Assembly (NCBI GenBank): GCA_036676395.1
Contig: JAKFCY010000002.1
Span: forward strand, 1,760,001 to 1,824,000
Source: Bdellovibrio sp.
GTDB taxonomy: Bacteria > Bdellovibrionota > Bdellovibrionia > Bdellovibrionales > Bdellovibrionaceae
Direction of reading: 5' to 3'
Length of the DNA: 64,000 nt
The notes beneath the pieces were generated by a model, which searched no databases, was not told the origin of the DNA, and was given only the letters and a program-made list of their open reading frames with translations. Positions 19,711 to 29,946 of the stretch are shown here, one piece after another (the stretch's first letter is position 1; the number at the start of each line of letters is the position of its first letter). The translations under genes were made by a program, and so were the position numbers.

Positions 19711-21827
19711 TTTCAATTATTTTTGTTTTTCTATTTAATGTTTCAGTCGTTCGCGCTGAAGAAATCATCGACACATCTAATCTATTTTTATGTGATCTTG
19801 AATCTATCATTACACAAAAATGTGGCGTGTTAAATACCGCTTATGTTTATGATGTTCAGTACGGCCCGCGCAGTTCAAGTTATTTACAGCACTACACGGC
19901 GAATGCCGAGGCCTCAACTATTCAGTTAGCACCAGGTTGGCATGAAGGTAATGAAATCACTTGGCAATCGATTGGTTTACGACCAGAAAACATCGTGAAA
20001 GATAAAAAGATTTTTGGTGTGGTTGGAACTCTTGATAATACCGTTTACACAAGTTGTGTAACGAATGCGGCTTCTGGACAATTAACAGCACACAACTCGA
20101 ACTTTTGTTATGCACCGGCTGGCGCATATTATGTTTATTCTTCATACTGGGGCGGACGCAATAATGAGTGTTCGTTTGTTCAAGTCGATTCAATATCATA
20201 CAAATTAGTTAATAAATTTGACGGCGAGAAGCCAAAAGGCGCTTGTTGGATCAACACACAAGACACAATAACTGCAGACGGATTTAGCATTGATGGCAAC
20301 GCCTTAAAAACTAGTGGAAATCCAAATTTTGTTATTCGTAACACGGCAACAGCAAACACCTGTTCGGTTATTGGTGGCGGTACGGGTTTACAAACAACGT
20401 CTTGCACAACTCCGGATCGTAACGATTTTAATGGTTACTTCTACCCGGCATTTGTGACAAGAACCATTAATGGGGTGGCCAAGCAGGTCAGTGGATCTTT
20501 CGGTGGCCGTGGTAAAAATTGTATTTACGGAACAAACAACGAACCTTGTTGGATTGATGATGCCGATGCTTATGTAGAAAACGATACGACTTGTAATGAA
20601 AAATATCCAGACGGAACTCCTGGTGTCAGCGCAACTTCACCATTAAATGCTTATTCTTGTAAAACAAAAGGTATTGAGCGCGCGGTGAACATTAACAATG
20701 GAATTGTTTCTTCGACTATTGGTCGTTTCGTTTACAAAACTGCACGCGGTGGAAGAAATACAGACTGCGCCCAAGGTAAAGTCGGCCTTTGTTTTACGAC
20801 AACTGATTTTAAATCCAATCTTGATCCTGATTTAGATCCGAATAACATTCAAAAAGGAATCGTTATTTTTGGCGTGCGCGGAACCTATGAAGCTCCAGAA
20901 ATCGTCTATGGCAGCGGTGCACATCGCACACCATCAAGCAGTACTGTTGCAAACAAATTGAATTACAAACAAAACTTAACTGGTGAATCTAACCGTCTTG
21001 AGGCAAATCCAAATCAAAACTCAAGTCAGATTTACCCAGCGGATTATCATGCGATTCCAAAAATAGCCACTGACTCTGAAGCGGATGTAGTTAAAGTAAA
21101 CCGTGCCACCTGGTCAAACACTCAGTGCGGAACGATCGGTACAACTTCAGCCCGTATTGCAAATTGCGTAACTGCTTTTGGCACGAACGCCACATGGAAG
21201 GGTTCTGTTAAGGGGAATGCCGGGCAAACGGATTGGGAGCTTGTAACCCGTAAACGTGATAGCGTTGATGCAAATAAAACTTATGAAGTCTGGCGTGATT
21301 CAAGCACTGGCTTATTATGGAGTTCACTGGTTTCAACAAGTCAAAATTGGTGTAAATCAACCGGTAGTAATGGTAGAAAAATTTCTGATGGTGTAGACAT
21401 GGTTTATGACCAACAAACATCTTCTGAAGATGATCCGTCAAACTATTGTGACAACCCGACTTATCAAGATCAAAATACTCCGGTTTCAGTTTGTTATATC
21501 GACATGCCCGAAAATGGCGATCCAAATTTATTTTCTACAGATTACAGTACAGCGACAACTCCAGGTAAAGCAGGTCTTCTTCCTGACCTGACGGCGGCTA
21601 CAGGCCGAGTTTACTGGCGCGTACCGACAATGTTTGATTACATTTTAGCAAATCACCACGGTCTTCGCTTTGTAATGCCAGATATCGGTGTAAATACCGA
21701 CGAAGAATGGACAGCTACGACATCAGCTTCAAATCGTAAGAATGCCTGGACATTCAGTGGTAAAACCGGCGCTCGTCAATACAAACAACGCAACAACCCT
21801 GCAGCAGTTCGCTGCATTGGCCGGTAG
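19695..21827 (+). CDS. Secreted paralog of the preceding gene with DUF1566/Lcl-like C-terminus
   Basis: Signal peptide; NIVKDKKIFGVVG and NIQKGIVIFGVRG; VWRDSSTGLLWS, WRVPT and VRCIGR. Confidence 0.7.
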   Translation: MYRPLISIIFVFLFNVSVVRAEEIIDTSNLFLCDLESIITQKCGVLNTAYVYDVQYGPRSSSYLQHYTANAEASTIQLAPGWHEGNEITWQSIGLRPENIVKDKKIFGVVGTLDNTVYTSCVTNAASGQLTAHNSNFCYAPAGAYYVYSSYWGGRNNECSFVQVDSISYKLVNKFDGEKPKGACWINTQDTITADGFSIDGNALKTSGNPNFVIRNTATANTCSVIGGGTGLQTTSCTTPDRNDFNGYFYPAFVTRTINGVAKQVSGSFGGRGKNCIYGTNNEPCWIDDADAYVENDTTCNEKYPDGTPGVSATSPLNAYSCKTKGIERAVNINNGIVSSTIGRFVYKTARGGRNTDCAQGKVGLCFTTTDFKSNLDPDLDPNNIQKGIVIFGVRGTYEAPEIVYGSGAHRTPSSSTVANKLNYKQNLTGESNRLEANPNQNSSQIYPADYHAIPKIATDSEADVVKVNRATWSNTQCGTIGTTSARIANCVTAFGTNATWKGSVKGNAGQTDWELVTRKRDSVDANKTYEVWRDSSTGLLWSSLVSTSQNWCKSTGSNGRKISDGVDMVYDQQTSSEDDPSNYCDNPTYQDQNTPVSVCYIDMPENGDPNLFSTDYSTATTPGKAGLLPDLTAATGRVYWRVPTMFDYILANHHGLRFVMPDIGVNTDEEWTATTSASNRKNAWTFSGKTGARQYKQRNNPAAVRCIGR

Positions 21828-21829
21828 TC

Positions 21830-24800
21830 ATGAATTTTAAATTTTATCTATTATTGTTTTTATTATTAAGCGGCTGTACCGGCTCTATTTTAGAAGAAGA
21901 ACTTTTATCTAACCTGTCACAAAAAGGTGCCGGTGGTATTGAGCTTGATGAGTACATCCCGCCAGGAATCCAATTTGTCGAAAACACGACTCAGGGTATG
22001 CAACAAGAAGGTTTTCCATTTCTTCGCAATAACAGAACTTTTAATATCAAATGGATTATCAAAACTTGTGATCCTGTAAATAATCCGTTAGATGCCGCGT
22101 GCGCAAATTTACCCACAGGCACTGCTGAAAATCCAGATCCGGGCTTTTATATTACTCGTTTAGAATACACATCTGGAACAACTTACGTGCAGATTCCAGG
22201 CGCTACCAGTCTTGGTGGTTATAATGACCAGATTCAAAGTTTCAGTTGGTCAATTCCGATTTCTTTAACTGATGAGGGCGCTGATTTTCGCTTTAGATTA
22301 ATCACGCGCAATGCAAAACTTGAAGACTTCTTTGCAACTTCAAGTAGTTTTGTTATGGATAGCAGCGCTCCTGTTATTCAAACTGGTTCGTTAACTTTTA
22401 ATGGCTCGGCCGACACCCCGTTAAACCTGAAATCGCCGGGTGTTAATATTGATTTTAATGCCGATGATAATTATTCTCCGGTTGAAAGTTTTTGTTTAAA
22501 AGATTCAGCGGCTATTCCAACTGCAGACCATGCCTGCTGGTTAAAAATCACTTCTTTAGGATTAACTGAAAGTAAAAACTTACAAGTTAAAAACTTAAAA
22601 CGTGTTCTTGGCTGGATCGGCGGATCTTTTACTTTCTATTTCTGGATCAAAGACAAAGCCGGTAACTACTCACGTTTAACAAACGATGTCGGCGATGAAA
22701 CAATCGACCGTCGCACTATTTCTTATGCTCCAGGGCGCAGTGTTGCGTTCTTAAAAAACATTGCGGCAAACGATGATTCGGTTACAGATAATCCGGCGCT
22801 CGATAAAACTGTAATCAATGCTTCTGCCCCGACTGTTTTTATCAAGTGGAGTTACACCATCGATCAGAATACAACTCTGGATTCTGTGGAGCCTTATAAA
22901 ATTGAATACTCAACAGACGGCGCTACTTTTCAAAACATCACCGGCGTAAGTGAGACCGCTTTACTTGACAGTGAAATTTCAAACAACGTCAATGTGAATT
23001 GCCAAACTGTTCCTTCACAAGATCCGGCCTCTATTGATAGCTGTTATGCTTGGACCGTTCCGGCAAGTCTTCACGACGTCCCATTCTACATTCGTGTCCA
23101 TGTGCGTGATTCGGCAGGTTTCGTTTATTCAATCAGTACAAACCCTTTCAATCTAAGCACATCAACTAGCTTAGACGGAAAAGTTCAGGGTTTACGTTTT
23201 GCGGCTGGCCTTTCAGATTCATTAATCGGCGCCTCGGCGCTGAACACAAAATTTGATATCGATACGGCTTATTCTCGTACTGGCGGAAAACTCGTTGTGC
23301 ATGAAGATGGACGTATGTTTGTCTTAGATAACAGCGCAGGTATTATTGAAATCAGTCAGTTCGACGGTCGCGCACGATTATATATTAAAAAATCCACGGC
23401 ATCAGTTGACGGTTATGCTGTTGATTCGCCAGATCTGCTAGCCGGACGAACAGAAGCTGTCACTTCAAATATTATTAAAATTTCTCTCGATTACAAGGGC
23501 CGTTTGATCATCATGGAAAACAATCGTATTCGTCAGGTCACTGATGAACGTGATGCTCAAGGAAATTTAACCGGCGTTCGGTACGTAAAAACCATTGTTG
23601 GTTGTTTACAAACACCAACATCAAATTGTTATTACAATAACACTTATAAAAATACCGCTTACAATGCTAAAGTGCCAATTCAGTATTGGCAAAATGCGTG
23701 GATCAATGCCGATGAATTTACATTTCCAGGCCCAGTTAACGACTGGAACCGCCAATTCAGACATTTCACCGCACTTCCGAACGGCGATATTTATTTTTCT
23801 GTGAATGCTGACTACACGCAAGTCTCGACGGCTTTGGCAAGTAGCGCAAACAGCTGGAGAGCTTTAGACTTTCGTATTTACCGTCCAGATGCAGATCCGA
23901 CCAAACCCGGAAAGTTACTTCCCTTAAAGTTAACTGGTTATGGCGTTTTAGGTGAGCCATTTAAACCGATTTCAGAATTGTATCCACAATCAATGGGTGG
24001 ACTTACGTTTAATCCAATCACCGGAAATCCGACGACCCTTGCGATGTTCTGGGATTATTGCCCACCAAACACAACAGCTCAGTGCGAATATTTCACTTCA
24101 AATCATAATCCTAAAACCGGCCAATCAAACGGCACTGGTACACATTACTATTCATACACCATGTCGATCAAAAATTCGCTCGCTAAAGGCTATGTTGATT
24201 CACACACTTTCAGATATTTTACTTCACGTCGCGGCGAACTTTACGCTTACAACACAAACCAATTTGAAAAAGTGTTGGGTAAATTAAATACTTCGACTAA
24301 CAAGTTCGAAAGAATCTTGGGCGGTATTGGCTATGATGGCTATTGCGCCGATGGCACCTTAGCGATAGCTTGTCCTAATTATATTCGCGATGCCTGGGTG
24401 ACCCAAGATAACACCGTCTTTTTTATTGATGGGCAACAAATTCGCATGATCGGGGCCGATGGCCGCGTAGTTACACTGTTTGGCCGTAAACCTGCTGATC
24501 GCAGTGGCCTTGAAGCGACTCTTTCTACCTTAGGCCGCTTTGAGAATTTCGGCAAATGGTATGACACTAACACGTCGAGTGAAAAGTTTGTGCTGCGCGA
24601 ATACGATAGTATTTTACTGCGCGAATTCAGTATGGATAAAAAAATTGAAACCATCGCCGGCAATGAAACTACAAATTGGGGACTCACTTGGAAAGCTGCG
24701 GCCTCAAAACCCGGTTATTTTGTTTCGACCAAATTGGCTAATGCTGAAATGGGTGCATGGACTCAGGCTCACTACATTCATCCACCAGTCACTGTTGACC

Positions 24801-25693
24801 CTAATAACGGTGAAGTTTTTGATTTTACACCTGAAACCAATCGCTCAGTGATGAAATTAATCCGCTCTGGTCATCCAAGTGATACCGGCCGCTGGATGCG
24901 TATTTTAGGTGGCGGTAGTGCGGCTACGCCATATCTGAATACTAAAGGTACAAGCTCTTGCGATGGCAAAATGAACACCCAGTGTCGCGGTGATTCTAAT
25001 GGCGCCAACTATATCTTAGGCTACGTCCCTGCTAAAAACATTATCGTTAACGGTAATCCCGAAGTGCGCCCAGCGCAAATCATCACGCAATATAGCCGGG
25101 CGTTTAGTAATATCTGGCAACAAAATTATCTAAAACTTGTAAACACAGACACAGGACAACAAACCCATGTCATGGGAAACAATGATTTAGCTTCTTCTTG
25201 GGATGCCCTCCACTTCCCGAATACCTTCTCGCCAGTGTCGGTGGCCGCGACTAATAATATTGATATATTATATAACGCTGCACGAATCATCTATGATGAA
25301 AACAGAGACGCCTTATTAGTCACACGCTACGGCGGGACTACAATCGGCGCGATTACCTTTAAATCTAACTCCAACGAACAAATCACCGAAGCCGATAAAT
25401 ACTTTAATATCACCGCTGTCGGAAACGGAACCATTTTATCCTTCACGCACAACGTTCAAGAAGGTGCTGATGTATTTTATTATTGTAACAACAGCGGTCG
25501 CCTATATCGTCGTGTAGTTACAGCGGGTTTTTCTTCTGAAATTATTTTACCTTTACCAACCGGCATGACTTGTTTTGGTCGTACACTAGAAAAAACTGTG
25601 GATGATAACAATGGCGTTATCAAACTTTATTTTCCGGCGGCTTTCAAAGGTCAATATATGATGGGAGAATACAGTGTATCGCTTGATCTTTAG
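21830..25693 (+). CDS. Large surface lipoprotein with Ig-like and NHL/beta-propeller-like regions (adhesin-like)
   Basis: Lipobox LLSGC; WIKDKAGN Ig-like motif; propeller-type segments DGRMFVLD, ENNRIRQV and IETIAGN. Confidence 0.65.
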   Translation: MNFKFYLLLFLLLSGCTGSILEEELLSNLSQKGAGGIELDEYIPPGIQFVENTTQGMQQEGFPFLRNNRTFNIKWIIKTCDPVNNPLDAACANLPTGTAENPDPGFYITRLEYTSGTTYVQIPGATSLGGYNDQIQSFSWSIPISLTDEGADFRFRLITRNAKLEDFFATSSSFVMDSSAPVIQTGSLTFNGSADTPLNLKSPGVNIDFNADDNYSPVESFCLKDSAAIPTADHACWLKITSLGLTESKNLQVKNLKRVLGWIGGSFTFYFWIKDKAGNYSRLTNDVGDETIDRRTISYAPGRSVAFLKNIAANDDSVTDNPALDKTVINASAPTVFIKWSYTIDQNTTLDSVEPYKIEYSTDGATFQNITGVSETALLDSEISNNVNVNCQTVPSQDPASIDSCYAWTVPASLHDVPFYIRVHVRDSAGFVYSISTNPFNLSTSTSLDGKVQGLRFAAGLSDSLIGASALNTKFDIDTAYSRTGGKLVVHEDGRMFVLDNSAGIIEISQFDGRARLYIKKSTASVDGYAVDSPDLLAGRTEAVTSNIIKISLDYKGRLIIMENNRIRQVTDERDAQGNLTGVRYVKTIVGCLQTPTSNCYYNNTYKNTAYNAKVPIQYWQNAWINADEFTFPGPVNDWNRQFRHFTALPNGDIYFSVNADYTQVSTALASSANSWRALDFRIYRPDADPTKPGKLLPLKLTGYGVLGEPFKPISELYPQSMGGLTFNPITGNPTTLAMFWDYCPPNTTAQCEYFTSNHNPKTGQSNGTGTHYYSYTMSIKNSLAKGYVDSHTFRYFTSRRGELYAYNTNQFEKVLGKLNTSTNKFERILGGIGYDGYCADGTLAIACPNYIRDAWVTQDNTVFFIDGQQIRMIGADGRVVTLFGRKPADRSGLEATLSTLGRFENFGKWYDTNTSSEKFVLREYDSILLREFSMDKKIETIAGNETTNWGLTWKAAASKPGYFVSTKLANAEMGAWTQAHYIHPPVTVDPNNGEVFDFTPETNRSVMKLIRSGHPSDTGRWMRILGGGSAATPYLNTKGTSSCDGKMNTQCRGDSNGANYILGYVPAKNIIVNGNPEVRPAQIITQYSRAFSNIWQQNYLKLVNTDTGQQTHVMGNNDLASSWDALHFPNTFSPVSVAATNNIDILYNAARIIYDENRDALLVTRYGGTTIGAITFKSNSNEQITEADKYFNITAVGNGTILSFTHNVQEGADVFYYCNNSGRLYRRVVTAGFSSEIILPLPTGMTCFGRTLEKTVDDNNGVIKLYFPAAFKGQYMMGEYSVSLDL

Positions 25694-27884
25694 AGCGCTC
25701 CTGCTCGTATTAATTTTTACTTCTTGTTCTGGCTCAATGGAAGATCTTTCAAGCCTTGAAGCTTCTAAAGGTTTTATCACTGACGGAGAAAACGTCGAAA
25801 CACCTCCAGCGGTAGATCCTGGACTAGAAACTGATCCCGGCAACGCCGGCTCTGTTCCTAGTGATGGCTCTGGTGATGGCTCAAATGTTGGCGATGGCGA
25901 TGGCAACTCATTACCTCCGGCGGCTCCAGTAATTGAAATTTTAAATGTAAATTCAAATTACTTTCGTGGTGGAATAACTCAAGATCTGATTTTTCGTGTC
26001 ACTTCACGTGTGGGTTCTGTAAGTTTAGTTGAATATGTGGTGGCCTGCCCTACACCAACTGCGATTCCTGAATTTAGCATCTTAACTGGCACAACTTCAA
26101 ATACGACCTCAGCTGTCACTATTCAATCAGGCGTGGTCTCAGTCGGTGCCGGTGAAGACACGACAGTTTCCTGGGCAACGCCCAATTTAGCCGGTGTGCG
26201 CTGCCGAAAAATCGATAATTCTTTTGAACAAGCAGATAACCGTTTTAAAATTCGCATCACCAGCGTGGGTGAATCAAATTTATCAAGCTCAGCTGAAAGC
26301 CAGGAATTTCAAATCGATTCTGAAGCGCCGATCTTAGCTGCAAGCGGTCTTACATGCATTGGTGGCAACTGCGTGATCGGTGGAGTTTCTAACTTACAAG
26401 TTTCAGGAGTTTACGATTTAGTAACCCCGGTTGCTGATATCTGTTTAAAAATGGATGATGCCACAACTCCAGAAGTGAATGATGTTTGCTGGACACCACT
26501 TTCAAGCTTAGGCATTACAGTACCAACTCTTACACCGGCAAATTTTGCATTTAATTATTTCTTAGGATTTTTACCCTTCACGATGACCAGCTATTTCTGG
26601 ACAAAAGATTCTGCCGGAAATATTTCTGAGCTGTCTGCAGCCGCTGCCGGCACAGATGCCCGCGACCGTTTAAGCATTACAACCAGCGGCACAACCCGCT
26701 TTGTAAATGATTACGCAACCCTTTCAGCGTCATCAACGGGCCTTTATCATCATGCGGCTACAGGCGAATTTTTAACGATGCCCAGCGCCAGTGTTTCAGG
26801 AATTAAAACTTATCTTGAATCATCAGCTAACTTTAGTTTAACCGTTCCGGCTCATGATAGTTTAAATTTAGCTCCGAATGGTGAAATATTTGCTAAATCC
26901 GAAGACGGCGTTTATCGCTTCGATACAAAAATTTTAGATGATGCTCCAGGTTCTACTATTAAATCTTCGTTCATTCTAAACTCAGGAACTTTCGCAGAAG
27001 GCGCTTTAGGGGCTGCGACTTTTAACCACGTTAAACGTCATGCGATTGATGCTAAAGGTGTTCACTGGTTTTTAGATGACGGAAAAATTTCCTATTTTGA
27101 CCCAAGCTCTGCAACCCCACAACTGACTTATGTTGCTGGTGGTGGTACCAGCGAAACAACAGATGTGATTGATGATCCCAAACAATTAAAAATTAACGAT
27201 AGTTTAAATATCGATGCCTTCGGTGTATTTACAGTATTACCAAATCAATGGGTGGTTTTTTCGTCGGATGATCCAACTCTTCCGGTCAGTGCCGGTGTGC
27301 CTGCAAATCGTTTTAAACTGCGTGTGTACAAGCACAGCAGCGATCCAAGTAAACGTAGCGTATCTACAGTATTTATCAGCGGCAGCACCGCTCAAGGGCC
27401 GACCGATGCTTTAGTTCCGTATTCACGCTTAGCCATTAGCTTTGATCCGATTCGTAATAACATTGCAAATATCACCGGGCGTTTTTGCGCGACCAGTTTT
27501 GTTGATGGAATTACCGATCACTGTGATAGCGCTAAATTAATTAAGTTTTATGTCAGTACGAATACGAGTCCTGAATATATGGGTTCGGTAAATCGTGATA
27601 GCTTTCTATCATTTCAATACGGAAAAGATACACTATTTATGATGGATTCAACAAAAGGCACGATTTCAAAATATGATTCAAGTTCATTTCAAAAAATCGC
27701 CGGTGGTAATAGTCTTGGAACCGATTATTGTACTAACTTTACGCCTTCAACAAGCTGTCAGTTACGTGTGCGTGATTTTAAACCGATCATGAATGGAAAC
27801 GATCAAGTGCTAATCCTGGATCAAAACTATTTACGAATTATTGAACTAGGACAAGTATTTAGTATTTTTTCGGCTGCGCCTTAG
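25674..27884 (+). CDS. Shorter paralogous surface lipoprotein (Ig-like plus propeller-like)
   Basis: Lipobox FTSC, G/D/P-rich linker, and CLK...CW...WTKDSAGN block shared with the preceding gene. Confidence 0.65.
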   Translation: MYRLIFRALLLVLIFTSCSGSMEDLSSLEASKGFITDGENVETPPAVDPGLETDPGNAGSVPSDGSGDGSNVGDGDGNSLPPAAPVIEILNVNSNYFRGGITQDLIFRVTSRVGSVSLVEYVVACPTPTAIPEFSILTGTTSNTTSAVTIQSGVVSVGAGEDTTVSWATPNLAGVRCRKIDNSFEQADNRFKIRITSVGESNLSSSAESQEFQIDSEAPILAASGLTCIGGNCVIGGVSNLQVSGVYDLVTPVADICLKMDDATTPEVNDVCWTPLSSLGITVPTLTPANFAFNYFLGFLPFTMTSYFWTKDSAGNISELSAAAAGTDARDRLSITTSGTTRFVNDYATLSASSTGLYHHAATGEFLTMPSASVSGIKTYLESSANFSLTVPAHDSLNLAPNGEIFAKSEDGVYRFDTKILDDAPGSTIKSSFILNSGTFAEGALGAATFNHVKRHAIDAKGVHWFLDDGKISYFDPSSATPQLTYVAGGGTSETTDVIDDPKQLKINDSLNIDAFGVFTVLPNQWVVFSSDDPTLPVSAGVPANRFKLRVYKHSSDPSKRSVSTVFISGSTAQGPTDALVPYSRLAISFDPIRNNIANITGRFCATSFVDGITDHCDSAKLIKFYVSTNTSPEYMGSVNRDSFLSFQYGKDTLFMMDSTKGTISKYDSSSFQKIAGGNSLGTDYCTNFTPSTSCQLRVRDFKPIMNGNDQVLILDQNYLRIIELGQVFSIFSAAP

Positions 27885-29260
27885 AAATCGAGAAGAAGAC
27901 CAAACTTAGTTAAACCAAATTTACGGCTACTGCCTGCCGCGGTAGCCAATTGCATATCTTGTGTTTCAAAAATCCCGCCGATAACATATTCAGTTTTACC
28001 CACAGTCATTTTATATTTGTAGTTTAAGCCAATTTTCATGTGTGATTTTACAACTTTTGAACCTAACGAGGCCATTTCAAATTTGCCGATAACCGTGCTT
28101 TTCGGATTCATCGTGTAAATAGCGTCGGCGCCGAAAGCAAATTGTGAAGATTGAAACTTCGTGCTTGAAAGATCTTGTTTAACATCGAAGTTTCTATGCC
28201 CCGTCCATACGCCGTAATTAAAGCTCGCTTTGTTGTTTGAATAATAACCAAAGGTCATTTTTGAATCACGAGAACTCACTACCGCCGGGTCTTCACCCGT
28301 CGAAAAACTATTATAAAAACCAAAGCCCACTTTAAAAGAAGTCCAAACAAAGTCTGTTAATCCAGAAAATTCGTAGAAAAAACTTGAAGAAGAATAACTT
28401 GCAGACTCACTGGCTAAAGCCGCTGACGCCATGCCAAAATAAAATGTTTTATCAAAGCCAATCGATAAAGCCGCTGCTTTTTCTTCTAACTTTTTAACAA
28501 AAACTGCAAAGGTTAAAGTTTGGTCTTGGTGTTTAAAACGAAAAGCCCCCGAAGCCTGGCCTTTTAAATTTCCGGTGGGAATCTCAAAAGTGCGGTAACG
28601 CTCACCTTTTCCAGAAACTTCAACGATGTTGGCGCTATTCCAACGGGCTTCTTGTGGAAGCGAAATAGTCACTAAGCCTGGCGACACTGAAAAATTACAG
28701 TTAATCCCCATCGGAAAAGTCACCGCTAAATTTTTAACTTCTTTTAATTTAAAAAGTTCTTCTGGACAGTTGCGGCTCATAAGAACTTTTTGCTCAGGCT
28801 TCCATTCAATTTCATAAAGCACTTGGCCCGCTTCATCTTGAATAAAAGTTTTACCAGCGCCAGTTACAATTCTGATTTCATCAGCCATCACCGGAGTATC
28901 TAATAGATCTTCAGCGATCACAGGTGTTGCCGCAGCTGCAGTTTCGGCTTTTACCGTGCCTGATTGCTCGGGTGGCGCTGCCGTTGTTAAAATGTATTTA
29001 TTCATGAATGAAAAATCTGTTGCCGCAGAGTCGGCACCTTTGGTTCTATATTTTTGAGGCAAGATAAAACCTTTTTTTAGAACAATTTCAACCCCGTAAA
29101 CAATATTTACCTGATCAAGTTTTACAAAGCCTTCTTTGGCAGAAAATAATACGGGATTGGCCGTTGAATTATTTTTGATATCTTTTATTGTGACTTCAGC
29201 TAAAGCAAATGACGAAAAGACCAATGAAAATAGAAGAGTTTTGATTTGACCTAGATGCAT
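27881..29260 (-). CDS. Exported protein with probable C-terminal outer-membrane beta-barrel
   Basis: Signal peptide; amphipathic strands over the last ~190 aa; terminal LLLDF. Confidence 0.6.
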   Translation of the reverse strand: MHLGQIKTLLFSLVFSSFALAEVTIKDIKNNSTANPVLFSAKEGFVKLDQVNIVYGVEIVLKKGFILPQKYRTKGADSAATDFSFMNKYILTTAAPPEQSGTVKAETAAAATPVIAEDLLDTPVMADEIRIVTGAGKTFIQDEAGQVLYEIEWKPEQKVLMSRNCPEELFKLKEVKNLAVTFPMGINCNFSVSPGLVTISLPQEARWNSANIVEVSGKGERYRTFEIPTGNLKGQASGAFRFKHQDQTLTFAVFVKKLEEKAAALSIGFDKTFYFGMASAALASESASYSSSSFFYEFSGLTDFVWTSFKVGFGFYNSFSTGEDPAVVSSRDSKMTFGYYSNNKASFNYGVWTGHRNFDVKQDLSSTKFQSSQFAFGADAIYTMNPKSTVIGKFEMASLGSKVVKSHMKIGLNYKYKMTVGKTEYVIGGIFETQDMQLATAAGSSRKFGLTKFGLLLDF

Positions 29261-29274
29261 GCCTTAATAGGTTA

Positions 29275-29946
29275 TTAATCTGCGTTATCTAATGCAATGT
29301 TTTTCTTGCTGCCGCGATAAGCGAGTACAAACATCACAACAAGAATAATAAAACTTATAGTAACTAGACCACCACCGGTATCGTGGGGTTGTTCCGAAGC
29401 CGGAGCCCGCTCAGCAATAACAAGCGTACCCTCTGTGGTTTTCTCGTTCGCCATAGCAAGCTGTTGATCTAAAGAGTTCTTCTGAGCTTGGCCTTTGGCA
29501 CTGCTGGTTTCTGCAAATGATTTTTTTGCATGATAAACTTTAACCTGTACCGAAGTGTTGGTTGCAAAGTCTGACACTTGGAACCGGTTTAAAGCTAAGA
29601 CCTCAATCCATGCATTCGAATACCCAATATGTTCATCTAAAGTGGTTTTAAAATCAGACTTTGTTAAAGTCACTAATTGATACGGACAGCGTTCTAATTC
29701 GTGGTTATTTAAAACTTTTTCTTTATGTTCATCTGCACGGGGCAAACTAGAATTAAAATAAACAAATTGTCCTGGTGCAAGCCCGCGCGATACACTGGCA
29801 TCGATTTTTTCAATATCTGCCGTTTTACCACCCAAACGTTTTATCGTTTTACGAATACCAGAAAGTGTATCACCGGGTTTAACGATGTAAACCGCGTTGA
29901 CTGTGATTCCACTTTTAGCAAAAGTTTGGGTTTGGTACTGCTTCAT
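29275..29946 (-). CDS. LysM-like protein with C-terminal membrane anchor
   Basis: YIVKPGDTLSGI; TM LVTISFIILVVMFVLAY followed by RGSKK; ATG overlaps the stop of the MotB-like gene. Confidence 0.65.
   Translation of the reverse strand: MKQYQTQTFAKSGITVNAVYIVKPGDTLSGIRKTIKRLGGKTADIEKIDASVSRGLAPGQFVYFNSSLPRADEHKEKVLNNHELERCPYQLVTLTKSDFKTTLDEHIGYSNAWIEVLALNRFQVSDFATNTSVQVKVYHAKKSFAETSSAKGQAQKNSLDQQLAMANEKTTEGTLVIAERAPASEQPHDTGGGLVTISFIILVVMFVLAYRGSKKNIALDNAD

Noticed and set aside
19200..21827. Diversity-generating retroelement targeting the DUF1566/C-lectin-like C-termini
   Set aside because: No reverse transcriptase and no adenine-specific template/variable repeat pair seen; the two C-termini differ at all base types.
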